Shown here: positions 1 to 14,480 of the stretch, in pieces
How positions within the stretch are numbered: position 1 is the first letter of the stretch
Layout: the number at the start of each line of letters is the position of its first letter
Assembly: GCF_009914755.1 (NCBI RefSeq)
Contig: NC_060925.1
Source: the human T2T-CHM13v2.0 reference genome, Homo sapiens
Reading direction: 5' to 3' (one strand)
DNA length: 64,000 nt
Notes under the pieces: model-generated
What the model was told of the DNA's origin: nothing
Seen by the model: only the letters and a program-made list of their open reading frames with translations
Database searches by the model: none
Program-made: the position numbers and the translations under genes

Positions 1-419
1 ACAGTGCAAAGCAGATAACTGAGTAACTAGAGAGCAGTCACATGCCTGTGGCTATGTGAATGTACAAATGGCACAAGAGAATCCTTTACACAATTTTTTT
101 CTTCAAATGAATTTTCTCATTACAGTAGCTTGTATTTAGTTTGGGCTTCAAAACTTAAGTATGCATTTGCTCCCAGGACGAGATGTGGGGACAAAATGGG
201 TAGAAAAAGTGTGGCCTATTAAGAAAAGAAGGTGATTTAAAACTGTCAGTTGCTTTGTTCCCAACACAACTCTTTCATAAGAAGACAGTAACCCATTAGG
301 AAGCTATAGCTGAGATTATTAACTAAAATAAAATTTTTAAAGTCAAGGTGAAAAGTCAACAAATTCTTTGCACCTACCCACATTGTTGGTATGTTTTATT
401 ATTGAAAGTGGCTGGCCCA

Positions 420-620
420 TTATGTGCTAGGCATTGAACATACATTGTCTCTAACCCTCACCAAAATCCTGAAAGGAAGGGGTTATAATCACACTTTCAG
501 TTGAGGAAATCCAGGTACTATTCTCTGCAACCAGACTAAGGCCATAGCTAACAAGGAAAATTCTATTCTCAAATTGAGGAATCTGCCTCTCCAAATTCCA
601 AGACATATCCTTGAACTATG
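420..620 (-). mobile_element. MIR remnant
   Basis: Degenerate antisense MIR core (tatgtgctaggcattg...ttcagttgaggaaat); boundaries approximate. Confidence 0.5.
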
Positions 621-816
621 CTGCCCTGTTATAGCATGTAAAACACTCATACACCATTGAGAAAGGGTTGACGTGAAATTTCAGGAGAACAAATGATGCT
701 GTAATATCCTAATATCTATAGTTTCCTCATACAAGCCCTCTTTAAAAACATTTCTTGGAGAAAGGATAAATCATCTTTATTCATTGACTGCATATAATTA
801 TCCTGTGAGGTAAATA

Positions 817-838
817 GATATAGATAGATCTATCTATC

Positions 839-881
<43 letters not shown>

Positions 882-903
882 GTCTATCTATCTATCTATC
901 TAT
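817..903. repeat. (TATC)n/(GATA)n tetranucleotide STR in the Alu tail
   Basis: (TATC)10 TGTC (TATC)4 at 841-900, preceded by a short inverted TAGA block. Confidence 0.97.
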
Positions 904-1192
904 ATTTTAGAGGCAGGATCTTACTTTGTCACCCAGGCTAGAATGCAGTAGCACAATCATAGCTCACTGAAGCCTTGAACTCCTGGTCTTAAGTGACCCT
1001 CTTGCCTCAGCCTCCTCAGTAGCTAGGACTACTGGCATGCGCCACCACATCTGGCTAATTTTTTAAATATTTTATACAGATGGGATCTAGCTCTGTTGCT
1101 CAAGCTGGTCTCAAACTGCTGGCCCCAAGCAATCCTCCCTTCTTGGCATCCCAAAGTGCTGGGATTACAGGGGTAAGCCACTGTGCCCAGCC
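817..1192 (-). mobile_element. AluJ-type element inserted in a MIR
   Basis: Antisense Alu dimer; 14-bp target-site duplication CTGTGAGGTAAATA at 803-816 and 1194-1207; MIR-like sequence resumes at ~1210-1340. Confidence 0.93.
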
Positions 1193-1399
1193 TCTGTGAG
1201 GTAAATATTATATAAATAAATTCAATATACAAGGAAGCTCAACCTCAGAAAAGTGAATATCTTGTCTAGGATTACACTCTACTAAGAACAAGAGTCAGGA
1301 ATTAAATCCCCCCCATATATATGGTTTAGAGTCTATGCTGCACCCCTGTATTTTAAGCCTTAAAATAGAACTGACATTAAGTCACATTTTAATCATAAT

Positions 1400-2750
1400 A
1401 TACTTCAACAAATGCCTAATGTATGTTATTGACATGAGAAGCATGGAATAGATGTTTTAGGAAAAGGAGGCCAAAAAAAAAAATAATGATTAAAAGATTG
1501 CCTCCTGACCTCAGAAGCCAGCTTAGGATTACTTCAGGAGACAATCAATTGATTAGAATTTAGCAGGAGAATTGAGGAGAGTGAAGACCATTATGGCAGG
1601 GAATGTTTGATTAATGTCCCAAAATAAGAATGAACAGTATAATTGCATTTCAGATGAAAGAAAGACCAGCTGCAAACAGAGTGATCAGGGATTGCTTCCC
1701 AGGGGTGTTCTATGAAGTAGTCATTGAATAATGGGTTTTCACAAGGTATTCCAGGTAGGTGGGATGACATAAGTAACCATGAAGAGAACTGAAAGAGTAA
1801 ACAAACCAAATTTATTTAAGTATGTTGGCAAATAGTGTGAGATGACATTGGGAAAGATCATTTAAGGTCATCAAAGGCCTCAACTTCTAAGCTAAAACTA
1901 TGGGCATAGTTACAGGTCTTGGTGAGCCATGGAAGATAATACTATGTGAGGAGAACAATCTAGTGCATACATGAAGCCGTCACATGTAATTTGACCAGGA
2001 GCATTTACATAGTCAAGAAACAGTTATAAGTTTACTTCAATAGAGTGAGAAAAAATGTGAATTCTCTTCTATTACAGGTAGGCACACTAGCCATAGGGAT
2101 ATGGCAAGATATGACAAAATCAGGAAGCAAGTTAAGGACAAATTGTCAGGAATTTTCAAGTGACTGATAATAGAGGTTTATAAACATTGAATTTGAAATG
2201 CTAACTGGACATCTGAATTGAGATTGTACTCAGAAATATGGAAATCACACAAAGATATGAGGTGGTATGGAAACTATGATATTAGATTACTCTTGCACAG
2301 AGATGGTGGGTAGACAATATTGTTAAGGAAGAGAATAGAGAAATTATAAAGAGGAATATTAACTAAGGATAAGTCCACTTTTCAGGAATAGAAACAAAGA
2401 GAGCTACCAAACAAGGAAAACTGAGAAGTGAATTAGGGTAGGGCAAAAAGAGCAAGGGAAGCTAGGCAAGTGGGTGAAAGATAGATAGAAAATACCACAG
2501 ACATTGAGAGAAGGAAGGAGAAGAAATGAGAAACAAAGGTCACCCAATTTGGCAATAGGAAAACCCTGGTGAGTCTTTTGGTGGGCTAATAACTGGAGTT
2601 CAAGGGTGCACATCACTTAGGAAATCTGGTGGTCTATAGAGGGGAAAAAAATAGGACTGATTCAAAAGTACCCTGTGATAGAGATGAGTTTAACTTTTTA
2701 TAAACACACAGGAGACTTAAACATGTAAGAAAAGGAAGAGACCAGAGAGC
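1400..2750 (-). mobile_element. Degraded L2 LINE
   Basis: Purine-rich antisense L2-like text starting tcaacaaatg; L2 motifs such as ttgaatttgaaatgctaactggacatc. Confidence 0.55.
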
Positions 2751-3229
2751 TAGTTCCATTGTCCTGGATTCTTCTGCATTAATTAGCATTTATTAATTGT
2801 TTACTCTATAGATGTTTGCATCTCTTCACCAGTACATATTTCCAGCATGAGCCAAGGCCTTTTAGCATTGGGAGATAGATCAGATATTTCTTTTTGCTCT
2901 CCACCTAACATCAGATCAGAGTAGAAGATCGATATCTTTCATTGACCATATTTCTGCATATATATATTTCTCAGACATTCAATTTTTAATTGAAAGAAAA
3001 AAGGAGTAAATAATAATGATTATAACAATAAATAACAGGTTAAAATATTAAGCATAATACATGATACTTTACATGAATTTTCTCATCTTTTTAAAAAACC
3101 ACATTTTAAGCAACAACAAAAAATACTTGATTCATTGTTGGATTATATTTTGTACGTAACTATTCAACATTTCCTGCCCTTTTTTCAAAAGCTGATAGTA
3201 GATTCACTGTCAAGTCCCTACCACAATGA

Positions 3230-3390
3230 CCTGTCTATCCGTTTATCTTTCCATCTATCCAACCATGCATCCACCTGCCCACCCATTCACCCATCCTTCC
3301 ATTCATTCATTTATTCATTCATTCACTCATTCACTAATTCATCAAATATTCCTACTCCAAGCTAGGTATTGGATGAGATAAAACATCAGC
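3230..3390 (-). repeat. (TCCA)/(TTCA)n low-complexity tract, L2 3' tail
   Basis: cattcattcatttattcattcattcactcattc followed by caaatatt. Confidence 0.65.
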
Positions 3391-3414
3391 CTTGATTCAC
3401 CAATTCCACTTTTT

Positions 3415-3529
3415 GTCTTGTTTTTAAAGACAGGTTCTTGCTATGTTGCCCAGGCTGTCCTCAAACTCCTGGGCTCAAGGGATCCTCCTGCTCCAGCCTC
3501 CCAAGTAGCCAGGAGGCCATCATGCACTT
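3415..3529 (-). mobile_element. FLAM (free left Alu monomer)
   Basis: Alu monomer text; TSD CAATTCCACTTTTT at 3401-3414 and 3530-3543. Confidence 0.85.
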
Positions 3530-5090
3530 CAATTCCACTTTTTAACAAATAATCTCAAAGGCACATTTCTTTGCCAAATGAACAAAACTATCATAATTCA
3601 ATTAGTGGAAATTTTTAAAATAAATAACAGAAGAAAATGATACTTGCTTTTTATATTAGTTTTATTCATCTGCTAAAGATGCTCAATAATGCTTTAGCAC
3701 AAATACACATATGCTTATAACAGTATGTAAAAAATTCAATTGGAAAATTAAAATTAGGCACATTTCTAATTTAATGCCTTATAATCTTTGCCATAGCATG
3801 TATGTACAGTTATCTAATAAGTAAAATATGTAGAACAAGGAAGAAGAACCTCGCCCTAAGGGAATTTATAATATATTCTAGTGTATTCTAATGGTGTGTG
3901 AAATATACATCTAAACTCAGAATTTGTCAAAATTTTGTAACTGGGAGATGCTGACAACTATGTCCAAATATGCATCTAAAAGATTCCTGCCATGGGAAAA
4001 AAGCCTTTATTTGATGATGCTCATATACTGTATTTAAAAGCTTCCTTATGTACTGCAAGAACAATTAATAGGCCTCTACCTAGAAATATTTTGAGGAAGC
4101 AATGTGGAACAGCACTGCTGTGTTTATTTACTGTACTGTGGTATTATTTTTCCTGTGATATCATTAGAAATACAGGTGGTAAATTTAATTACAGTATTTT
4201 TATTTTTAAGTTTGTGGTGTTTTTTTTTTTTTTTTTGAAAGACATAGCTAATGAGGTAAAAATTTAAATATCAAACCCCAAAGTGTGTGGTGAAAGTGAC
4301 ACTGCTGTAGTATATTATTCAGGGGCCTGAGTTCTGATCCTAGCTGTCTATGACCTGAGGTGAACATTTAACTTCTCATAGCCTCTGAGACAATCTGTTT
4401 ATGAAGAGGAGATGGCATCAGCATAAACTGATGGGAGTTCTATAAAGGGGGCAGCTTCACACACTCAAATACCTACAGGATCCAGACAGGTACCCGACAG
4501 ATTTAAGCAATACAGAGTAGAGGGATCCATGGTGAGCTGAAGAATGGAGGCCCCATCTAAATGCATTCACATTCAGATCTAACAAAACCACAGCTACACG
4601 TTGTTCACACCAATAGTAAAAGAAACAAGCGAAGCATACCTGCAGTCCTCATACAGCTGGCTGCAAAATCTGCATGGACTGTGAATTTCCAGTCCTAAAA
4701 CGGTGGATCTATGATGCTGAGCTCCCAAAAGAACTCTGCTCTCTCTTTCTCTACTCTAACATCCCAGAATTCAGCAGCTCGGGTAGAAGCTGCACATGAC
4801 AAGTTTGGGAAGATTCCTCAATTCCACAGCCTTTTAAAAACTTCTAGATGTATATCACTCTACCTTTAACCAATAGCTAGAGCACAATGTGAGAAAAACA
4901 ATTGTGACACTAACATATGAACACTGATGTACCTAAGCTGCTTCTCTAACATAAGTTTTCAAGCTGTCAAAACATATTCTTTGTCATTCCTCAATACATG
5001 AGAACAGCATCATTAGCTTGAAAGGTGTATGTTATTTACCAGTGACCTACTTCAGAGAGAGTTAATCTTAGAAAACAATGGCATAGTGAG

Positions 5091-5122
5091 TTTTTTGTTT
5101 GTTTGTTTGTTTGTTTGTTTTT
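5091..5122. repeat. (TTTG)n microsatellite
   Basis: About six GTTT units seen directly. Confidence 0.9.
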
Positions 5123-6389
5123 CACTTAACAACCCATTCTGGCTTTGGAACTAGATTCCCAAATAGCTTAGTGGATCTGACCCACTGTCAGATTACCCAA
5201 AGAGAGGCTAAGAAATGTACTTGGGCAGCTGCAAGTCAGGAGCACTAGCACATTTTTTTTTTTTTAATAAGCTGATATTTGGTGTTTCCAAAAGGAGAAA
5301 AAAAATCTTTGGGGGAAAAATCAGAACTTTATTGATTTCTTAAACTACCAGTTAGTTTGTTATTGTTTTTATTTGGAATTACCTCTAGATAGGAGATCAG
5401 GAGATGAGCATCCCTTTTAACGCTCAACATGGCTTCTAATGGTCTTAGTCTGCCCTTGATCTGACCATTCGGGTAGGCAGAGAAGTCAAACAAACAAATC
5501 AAGGCATGAAAGAAATCTTAACCAAAGAATCTCAATCAAGTAAAGGAAAAAACTGAACTTAAAATGTGTATGCCTTTCTGTAATATTCATAGTGAAAGAT
5601 AGCATAAATTGTGTTTGTTTTCAAGAGATTGGAATTAGAAAATTGGATAGCTTACCAAGCAGATAAGGGATTCACCATGGAATTCATGCATTTTGCACAC
5701 AGATATAGCTTGCTTTTGGTTTAAAACTTCCACCAGAAATGCAATGATCCAATATAAGCAACATACAGTTTTCTTTACTTCATGGACTGCCTTGATGTAG
5801 ATACGGTATCTTACTTAGGGAATTTATTTCTGCACCACTGATCCCACTGAAGATTACCGAACACCTTTGGGATCTTCCCACTTTTGAAAAAATTGTCAAT
5901 TGTAGTCAACTATGAAAATGCTTTGTATAAGTGGTATTACATAGACTTAATAAGAGGGACAAAAAAGAAAATAAGAAGGTCTCAGGGCTTCAATAAATAT
6001 CCAAAAGATAGAAAAACATTTACAAATCCCCAACACATGTTCTCTAAGGTCTTTCATGAAGAAAAAGGATAGAGCTATCTTTTATATAAGGGAAAATAGT
6101 CAGACTTGGATCTTTTGAGAAAGCAGCTGCAGATCAGCTTGTTTTGAGGCTACAACAGATAAGATGAACAGTGGGGAGTAAAAGGTATTAATAGGATCAT
6201 GCACTTTTAGAAATGAGAAGGCCTTTATAAATCAGGCAGTACAGCCCCTGATGGGTTCCTTGTCATAGATAACATTCTAGTCACAATATGCCCAAGGACT
6301 GAATAGATTTTATATATAAGTACTAGATAATTATAATTTTATTATTAAAAATAGTAAAGTGGTTACTAATACCTTAGAGTATGATCTTT

Positions 6390-6560
6390 TGTTTATATAC
6401 CACTGCATTTACTCTTCATAACAGTTCTATATAAAGAGCATTAACCACCATTTAAAGATGAATGCGTTCACAGCCATAGAGGCCACATAGCTTAGGAGTG
6501 GAAGAGCTAAGATTTGAACCCAAACATGGACTTCTTGATATCAAGACCACTGCACTAGCC
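6390..6560 (-). mobile_element. MIR remnant
   Basis: ggccacatagcttaggagtggaagagctaagatttgaaccc matches antisense MIR. Confidence 0.7.
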
Positions 6561-7200
6561 TCAGTGCTTCCTTAGAGAGCTCGGTCAGAACTTGTCAGTG
6601 GTAATAGAACTGGTATTTTGGTAGCTCTCCCTGCCTCCTTACCTTCTGTAGAGGGAAGCCTGAGAAATCATTTAGGTTCCTTTCAAGGTGATGATTTAAC
6701 CCATGTCATAAGTCTGCAGCAGGGGCCACAGTTTAGCCTGTATTAGAGTGCTGCTCATGTCATGGATGTGAAAGCACATGACGTTCCATTACGCAGTGCG
6801 GTGGGAGGTTATGAATTGCAAAAGCAACATGAAATTCTAAACTTCAGTCTCCTCTGTACATCAGTCATGCTGTGCTATCATCATGTTACTCTCTCATATT
6901 ATCAATGAAAATCTTTCTTGCTCGACCCTCCAAAACTGTCTCTTCTCCCCCTTCAAATATACCACTGCGTACTTTCCTAAAGGCACTGTCATGTTTCAAA
7001 GCCATTGTTCATAAATAAAGACTTTGAAGTAAACAAAAAATCCTTATAACATATTAATGAAAAGGCTCAAATGTAGCACTAAATCCACACTCTGATTAAA
7101 AGCGTGTGAAAACTGTGACTGTGTACGAACAGAGTCTAAAAAGGAATATAGAAACAATTAATTAAGGTAATAAGACAGTAAGACAGTGAATAATTTCTTC

Positions 7201-7523
<323 letters not shown>

Positions 7524-7649
7524 TCTTTTCTTAGTTTTTAATTGTTGAATATGATATGTGTATTGTAGTAAAAATGTGAACATAGCAATATCGCCCTATT
7601 TCCAGTTTGCCATTTGCCTTCTGTCACCTGTTGTTCATCTATTTATTGT

Positions 7650-9000
<1,351 letters not shown>

Positions 9001-10518
9001 ATGGCTACATCTAAAGGTCAAGATCCATTCAAATATTACAGTATGTTGGCATGGACAACATTCCATAGAACCATCTTCAAATACATTGGTAGTAAGGGAT
9101 TTTATGGAGTTCAGGAGGTAAAAGAATATTCCATGGCTTCCAAGACAATATCACAAGAGACAAGGACTAATCTCAAGACCCCCCAGTCCTGATCACATTA
9201 AAGAAGAAAGTAGTGATGGTCATGGAAGCCAGTGAAGGGTAGCACTGAGGCAACACTAGAAGTGTGGCCAGATGGGGACAGGGACAGAAGAGCCACACAC
9301 CTTCACAACCATTGGGTATAGCATGTGCTAAGGAGAGGACCCAAGAAGTTGGAAGACAAACGAGGGCATCTCTAGGCATTTTTAACTGTAGGTTGGACTC
9401 CACACCTAGTCTTCTCTTAACCTTTTGAAGTGTATCTATCAGTGTTCTGGATTTATCCTACTCTCTTCCCAGTGAGGTACTACTGGCATGATCCATGGGA
9501 AGGGCATAATTCACAGATGGGGCTTGCCTACCCAGGCTGTAGTCAGCAGTGACATATTTTGTGACAGCTCTGCATAAAAGATGACGCTAACATAAATAAA
9601 ATGCACTGTATATTATGGGGTAACAAAATTTAAAAGCACTACAGATCTACTCCTCCAGCAGTGAGGAGCCAAGATTTCAGTCTGTGAGAGATGGTGTTCC
9701 GAGGCAATGCTAAGAGTCTGCCTAGCAGCTCCTCCCATTCCCAACAGTGTCCCCGCAGTTGAGCTGTCAGCCAGCGCAACACGAAAACTCTCTCAACAAG
9801 AGCTAACGAAGAGCTGCCACAGATATTTATGATCTCATATCACACTTCCAGACTGCTGTTTCACTTTTTATTCCACTCATTTTGTTGAAGAGGTTTTTCT
9901 TTGTAATCTGTTACAGATCACTGAAAATGATGGATAAGAATCAGCAAGGGGTTGTGTAAGAACCACAGTGCTAGACTTAAATCTAAGTCTGAGTTTTGAT
10001 TCAATCACTGAATAATTACATTCCTATTGGATACTCAGGGGAACTCAGTTTCCTAATCTTTAAAATGGGCATCTTGTCTTTTTCATTTCTATGGTCCCAA
10101 CATCTAACACAATGTAATAGTCCTATTGTAAGTAATCCACATTCCTTTCTCTCTCTTTCTTATACACACACATAACACATACACATAAATTTGGCATTTA
10201 CTTTTCTGAATGCAGGAATGTTTTCTTAAAAAGCTGATAAATTGTTTAACTTACATATCTTATCATGGAATGATACAAGTTCTCTCTATTCCATTATCTC
10301 TTCCATGCTGACTTATGAAGACAACCAGGCTTGCTATCAACAGTCAAACCTAGCCTTGCCACCTGCCTTCACCTACCTGGTACCTATCACTGCTAATGAT
10401 CAGAAAAGCATCATGCTCAGATTAATTAAAGAGTAAGAATCTAGGAGTCATTTGAGTTATCTGGTCTCGGATCAATAGAAATTATAAAACAGACCAAACA
10501 GAGAAACCTGTTGAAGCT

Positions 10519-10887
10519 TGTATAGGTGAGCTTTCTTGGGAAGCAAGTTCTGAGATTTGTGTGCTGGGGGTGGGGTGTTATTAGAGAGTGCTCCTAAGAA
10601 CTGAGTGGGGAGGGAAGTAGAAAACGGCAGAGGGAGGAGTTTAAGTGCAATGCAGTGGATCCCGCCAGGAGCTCCAAAGTTCATATGCCTCTTCAGAGTT
10701 GTCCTTACTTGAGACAAGAGAGCTGGTCCTTTGTACCTCTACTTAGATCAGTCATTAGAGCCTTGGGAGAGGCATGGATAATTCCTGGGGAGGGACTCAA
10801 CTGTGAACCATCACTTTTGGTAGCAGAGGGAATGAATTTCTTGGTCCTGGAAGAAGGTTTGAACAGCACACCACAGTATCCACTACA
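10519..10887 (-). mobile_element. ERVL solo LTR (LTR16-family-like)
   Basis: Ends ...caccacagtatccactaca (reverse complement TGTAGTGGAT); internal cttcagagttgtcc and cagtcatt motifs match remembered consensus. Confidence 0.7.
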
Positions 10888-11511
10888 GAAGTGTTGTGTC
10901 GGGCCCTGACAGTCAGGGTCTATAGATCCCTGGGTCACTTGGCAGTCAAGCAGCAATCTCTAATTACCTTTCTTGGCCCATCGCAGAGGTCAGAAGTGGG
11001 CTCCCTGTGACCCTGAAGTACTTCCTGACCAGGAAGTAGTCAACAGGCCCCAACAGACTATAGACACGCAGGAGGAGCCATACTTTTGGCTGAAATGTAT
11101 TGTACACCCACTGCAAAATTGTACTACTTGATTAGAAATAGTAAGCCTTCCTCTACTTTTGAGAGCCATCCAGTTGGGATTCAACCTATGTGGAAGAAGT
11201 ATCTAACTTCATTGTTCTGAAAGGAGGAAATACTAAGAAATGAAGCTCATTACTAACATCTGATAAACATACTGGAGATGAGACAGAAAGTAAGCTTTTG
11301 AAAAGAAACCTATCTATGCAACAGGTTCTCAGGGGAACACAGTGAATCAGCAATGTTAACCTGAAGCCATGGGCCTCTTCCTCAGTCACTCATCAACTCT
11401 GTTATGTCAATGCTGAAACAATGCCAGAATACAGAGCTGAACTGTAAAGATCCCTTCCTTAGTGGTTATTCATATTGTTTTCTATCTCTGTTATTATGTG
11501 GAGGCTTAAAC

Positions 11512-12731
11512 TATATATATATATATAAAATTATATATGTAAATATAAATATATATTTATATATATAAAATAAATATATATATAATTATATAAATATATA
11601 TTTATATTTATAAATATAAATATATATTTATATTTATAAACATTATATTTATAAATATAAATATATATTTATATTTATAAATATAAATATATATTTATAT
11701 TTATAAACATAAAATATTTATATTTATTTATAAAAATATGTATTTATATTTAAATAACTATAAATATTATAAAATAAATATTTATAAATTTATTTATAAA
11801 AATAAATATTTATAAATATAAATATAAATAAATATTTATAAATATAAATATAAATAAATATTTATAAATATAAATATAAATAAATATTTATAAATATAAA
11901 TATAAATATATATTTATAAATATAAATATAAATATATATTTATAAATATAAATATAAATATATATTTATAAATATAAATATAAATATATATTTATAAATA
12001 TAAATATAAATATATATTTATAAATATAAATATAAATATATATTTATAAATATAAATATAAATATATATTTATATATATAAATATAAATATATATTTATA
12101 TATATAAATATAAATATATATTTATATATATAAATATAAATATATATATATAAATATAAATATATATTTATATATATAAATATAAATATATATATATATA
12201 AATATAAATATATATTTATATATATATATATAAATATATATATATATAAATATAAATATATATTTATATATATAAATATAAATATATATTTATATATATA
12301 AATATAAATATATATTTATATTTATATATATAAATATATATTTATAAATATAAATATAAATATATATTTATATATATAAATATAAATATATATTTATATA
12401 TATAAATATAAATATATATTTATATATATAAATATAAATATATATTTATAAATATAAATATAAATATATATTTATATATATAAATATAAATATATATTTA
12501 TAAATATAAATATAAATATATATTTATAAATATAAATATAAATATATATTTATAAATATAAATATAAATATATATTTATAAATATAAATATAAATATATA
12601 TTTATAAATACATATTTATATATATAAATATATATTTATAAATACATATTTATATATATAAATATAAATATATATTTATAAATATAAATATTTATATTTA
12701 TATATATAATTATATATTATATATAAAATTT
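11512..12731. repeat. AT-rich minisatellite, ~26-bp unit TATAAATATAAATATAAATATATATT
   Basis: 1.2 kb with fewer than ten G/C bases; regular units from ~11800 to ~12600. Confidence 0.98.
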
Positions 12732-12959
12732 GTAAATGGCTAGGGCAATATCCTAATGCAGTCTGCCTTAGAAAAACTTGCACTGTTTTTAAAAAGTACT
12801 GGTTACAGTCTTACTTTTTGAGTTGTAATAGATTTAAAACTATTTTAGCACTTCTTGCTAACAATTTAGTCACAAATATTGAGGTAATTAGAAGTATCTT
12901 TGGGATCACAAAAGGGAAGGTGTGATTCATGTAGGCAGATGTTAGAAAAACATATTAAA

Positions 12960-13130
12960 AGGTTAGGATTTGGTATTTGGGGAATGACCTTGGACAGCTG
13001 GCTTATCTCTCTGACACTCAGTACTTTCATCTGTTCAAAGGGCATCATAATGCACCATTAGATTCACATTAAAAATCAAACAAGATGCCATGTATAAAGT
13101 GACTAGCAGCCAACATGTTCTATACACCTA
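12960..13130 (+). mobile_element. MIR remnant
   Basis: tgaccttggacag...ctctctgacactcagtactttcatctgt. Confidence 0.7.
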
Positions 13131-13854
13131 AGATAGAAGCATGTTGGTTAGTTTCTTCTGCCTTGTCTTCTTCTACATAAACTCATTCAGGAAATTTTTT
13201 AAAGGCCATGTGCATGTTTCTATGGCTGAGATCTAAAAAAAAAGAAAAAGAAAAGTATGTCAAGAGGGCTCATGCAAAGAAATTGTGGCTCATGTGCCAT
13301 AGCCAATGATTAAACCTTAATACAACTTGACAGTTTTAATTTTTATATAAATACCACCAGGGCCTATCATTCACATTATGGATTCCAAGCTTAACAAATG
13401 TAATTTAAAAACAACAAAGCTGCTTTTAAAGGAGTACTGTCAAAGCTCTGACATTTTCAAAATTGAAAATGCTCCGTGTATAAGATTTGAAATGGAAAAC
13501 CCAGCAATTCTTCTCTTTCCCTGACAGAAGTTATCAGGATGGACCCTGGGAATGCCTGGAGATTTTTTAAGTTGAGTTATTGATAGATTGGAACAATTTC
13601 TCATGGAATCATACATATTTAGATATGGAATAAGAGCTAGAAATTGCTGAAATGTACTGAACCCTTACGAAATCAGATACTGTGTGTACATTATCTCTCT
13701 GTCACAGAAATTCTGTGGCTCTGTTACTATCAATATCTTCATGTTATCAAACAGAAAACTAGAGTGGAGGGAGATCTGAGGCTCTGTGCCTTTGGTTCCA
13801 GATGATTCTCCTTTAATCTATATTATCTGTATAACAAATCACATAGAGGGAGTG

Positions 13855-13960
13855 GGTTCCTACAGATGAGAAAACAGAGTCCAGGGAGGAGAAGGGATTT
13901 TCGAGGACCTACAGTGAGTTAGTGCCAAGGCAATGAACAGAACCAAGTTCCCAGACCTGT
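13855..13960 (-). mobile_element. MIR remnant
   Basis: tacagatgagaaaacagag core. Confidence 0.65.
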
Positions 13961-14349
13961 GTGCATTCTCACGTGCCTTATGTCCTCTCTGATTGTAGCC
14001 CTAGCATGAGAGGTTAAAATGTGAAACAAAGCTTCATATGTTCACGACACAACTAAGTATTGTGACTCTATTTAAAGATCATTTATTTATCAACAACATA
14101 TATGGATCCTGTACCTTTCTACTATGGCGCTAAATTCAACTAGTATAATTTCAAAATAAATAATTTTGTGGTATCATTTAATATGGTTAACTAAGTGCTT
14201 ATTTTTAACCCAAGTTAAAATTAATAAGCAATGTCAATCTCTTATCCAAAACAAATAAGAAATACACCTGGTTTGTGACTAATAAGTATATAGAAGATGA
14301 TAGTATATATTACTATTTTAACATCTTCACTATTGGCACAACATATTCA

Positions 14350-14480
14350 TGTTTTCACTCAACAAACATTTATTGAGTACTTACTATGTGACAGGCACTG
14401 TGTGCAGTGCTAGGAATGCATCCCTGAACAACCAAAATAAAAAAAAAAAATCGCTTGCCTCAATCTTTGCTGGAGAGTAA
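14350..14480 (-). mobile_element. L2 3' end
   Basis: tcaacaaacatttattgagtacttactatgtgacaggcactgtg. Confidence 0.8.

Noticed and set aside
4450-4670. Possible ancient hAT DNA-transposon remnant
   Set aside because: Resemblance too faint to assign a family or termini
11512-12731. Tandem TATAAA boxes as promoters, or the array as CRISPR-like
   Set aside because: Low-complexity tandem repeat without unique spacers, in a eukaryotic context
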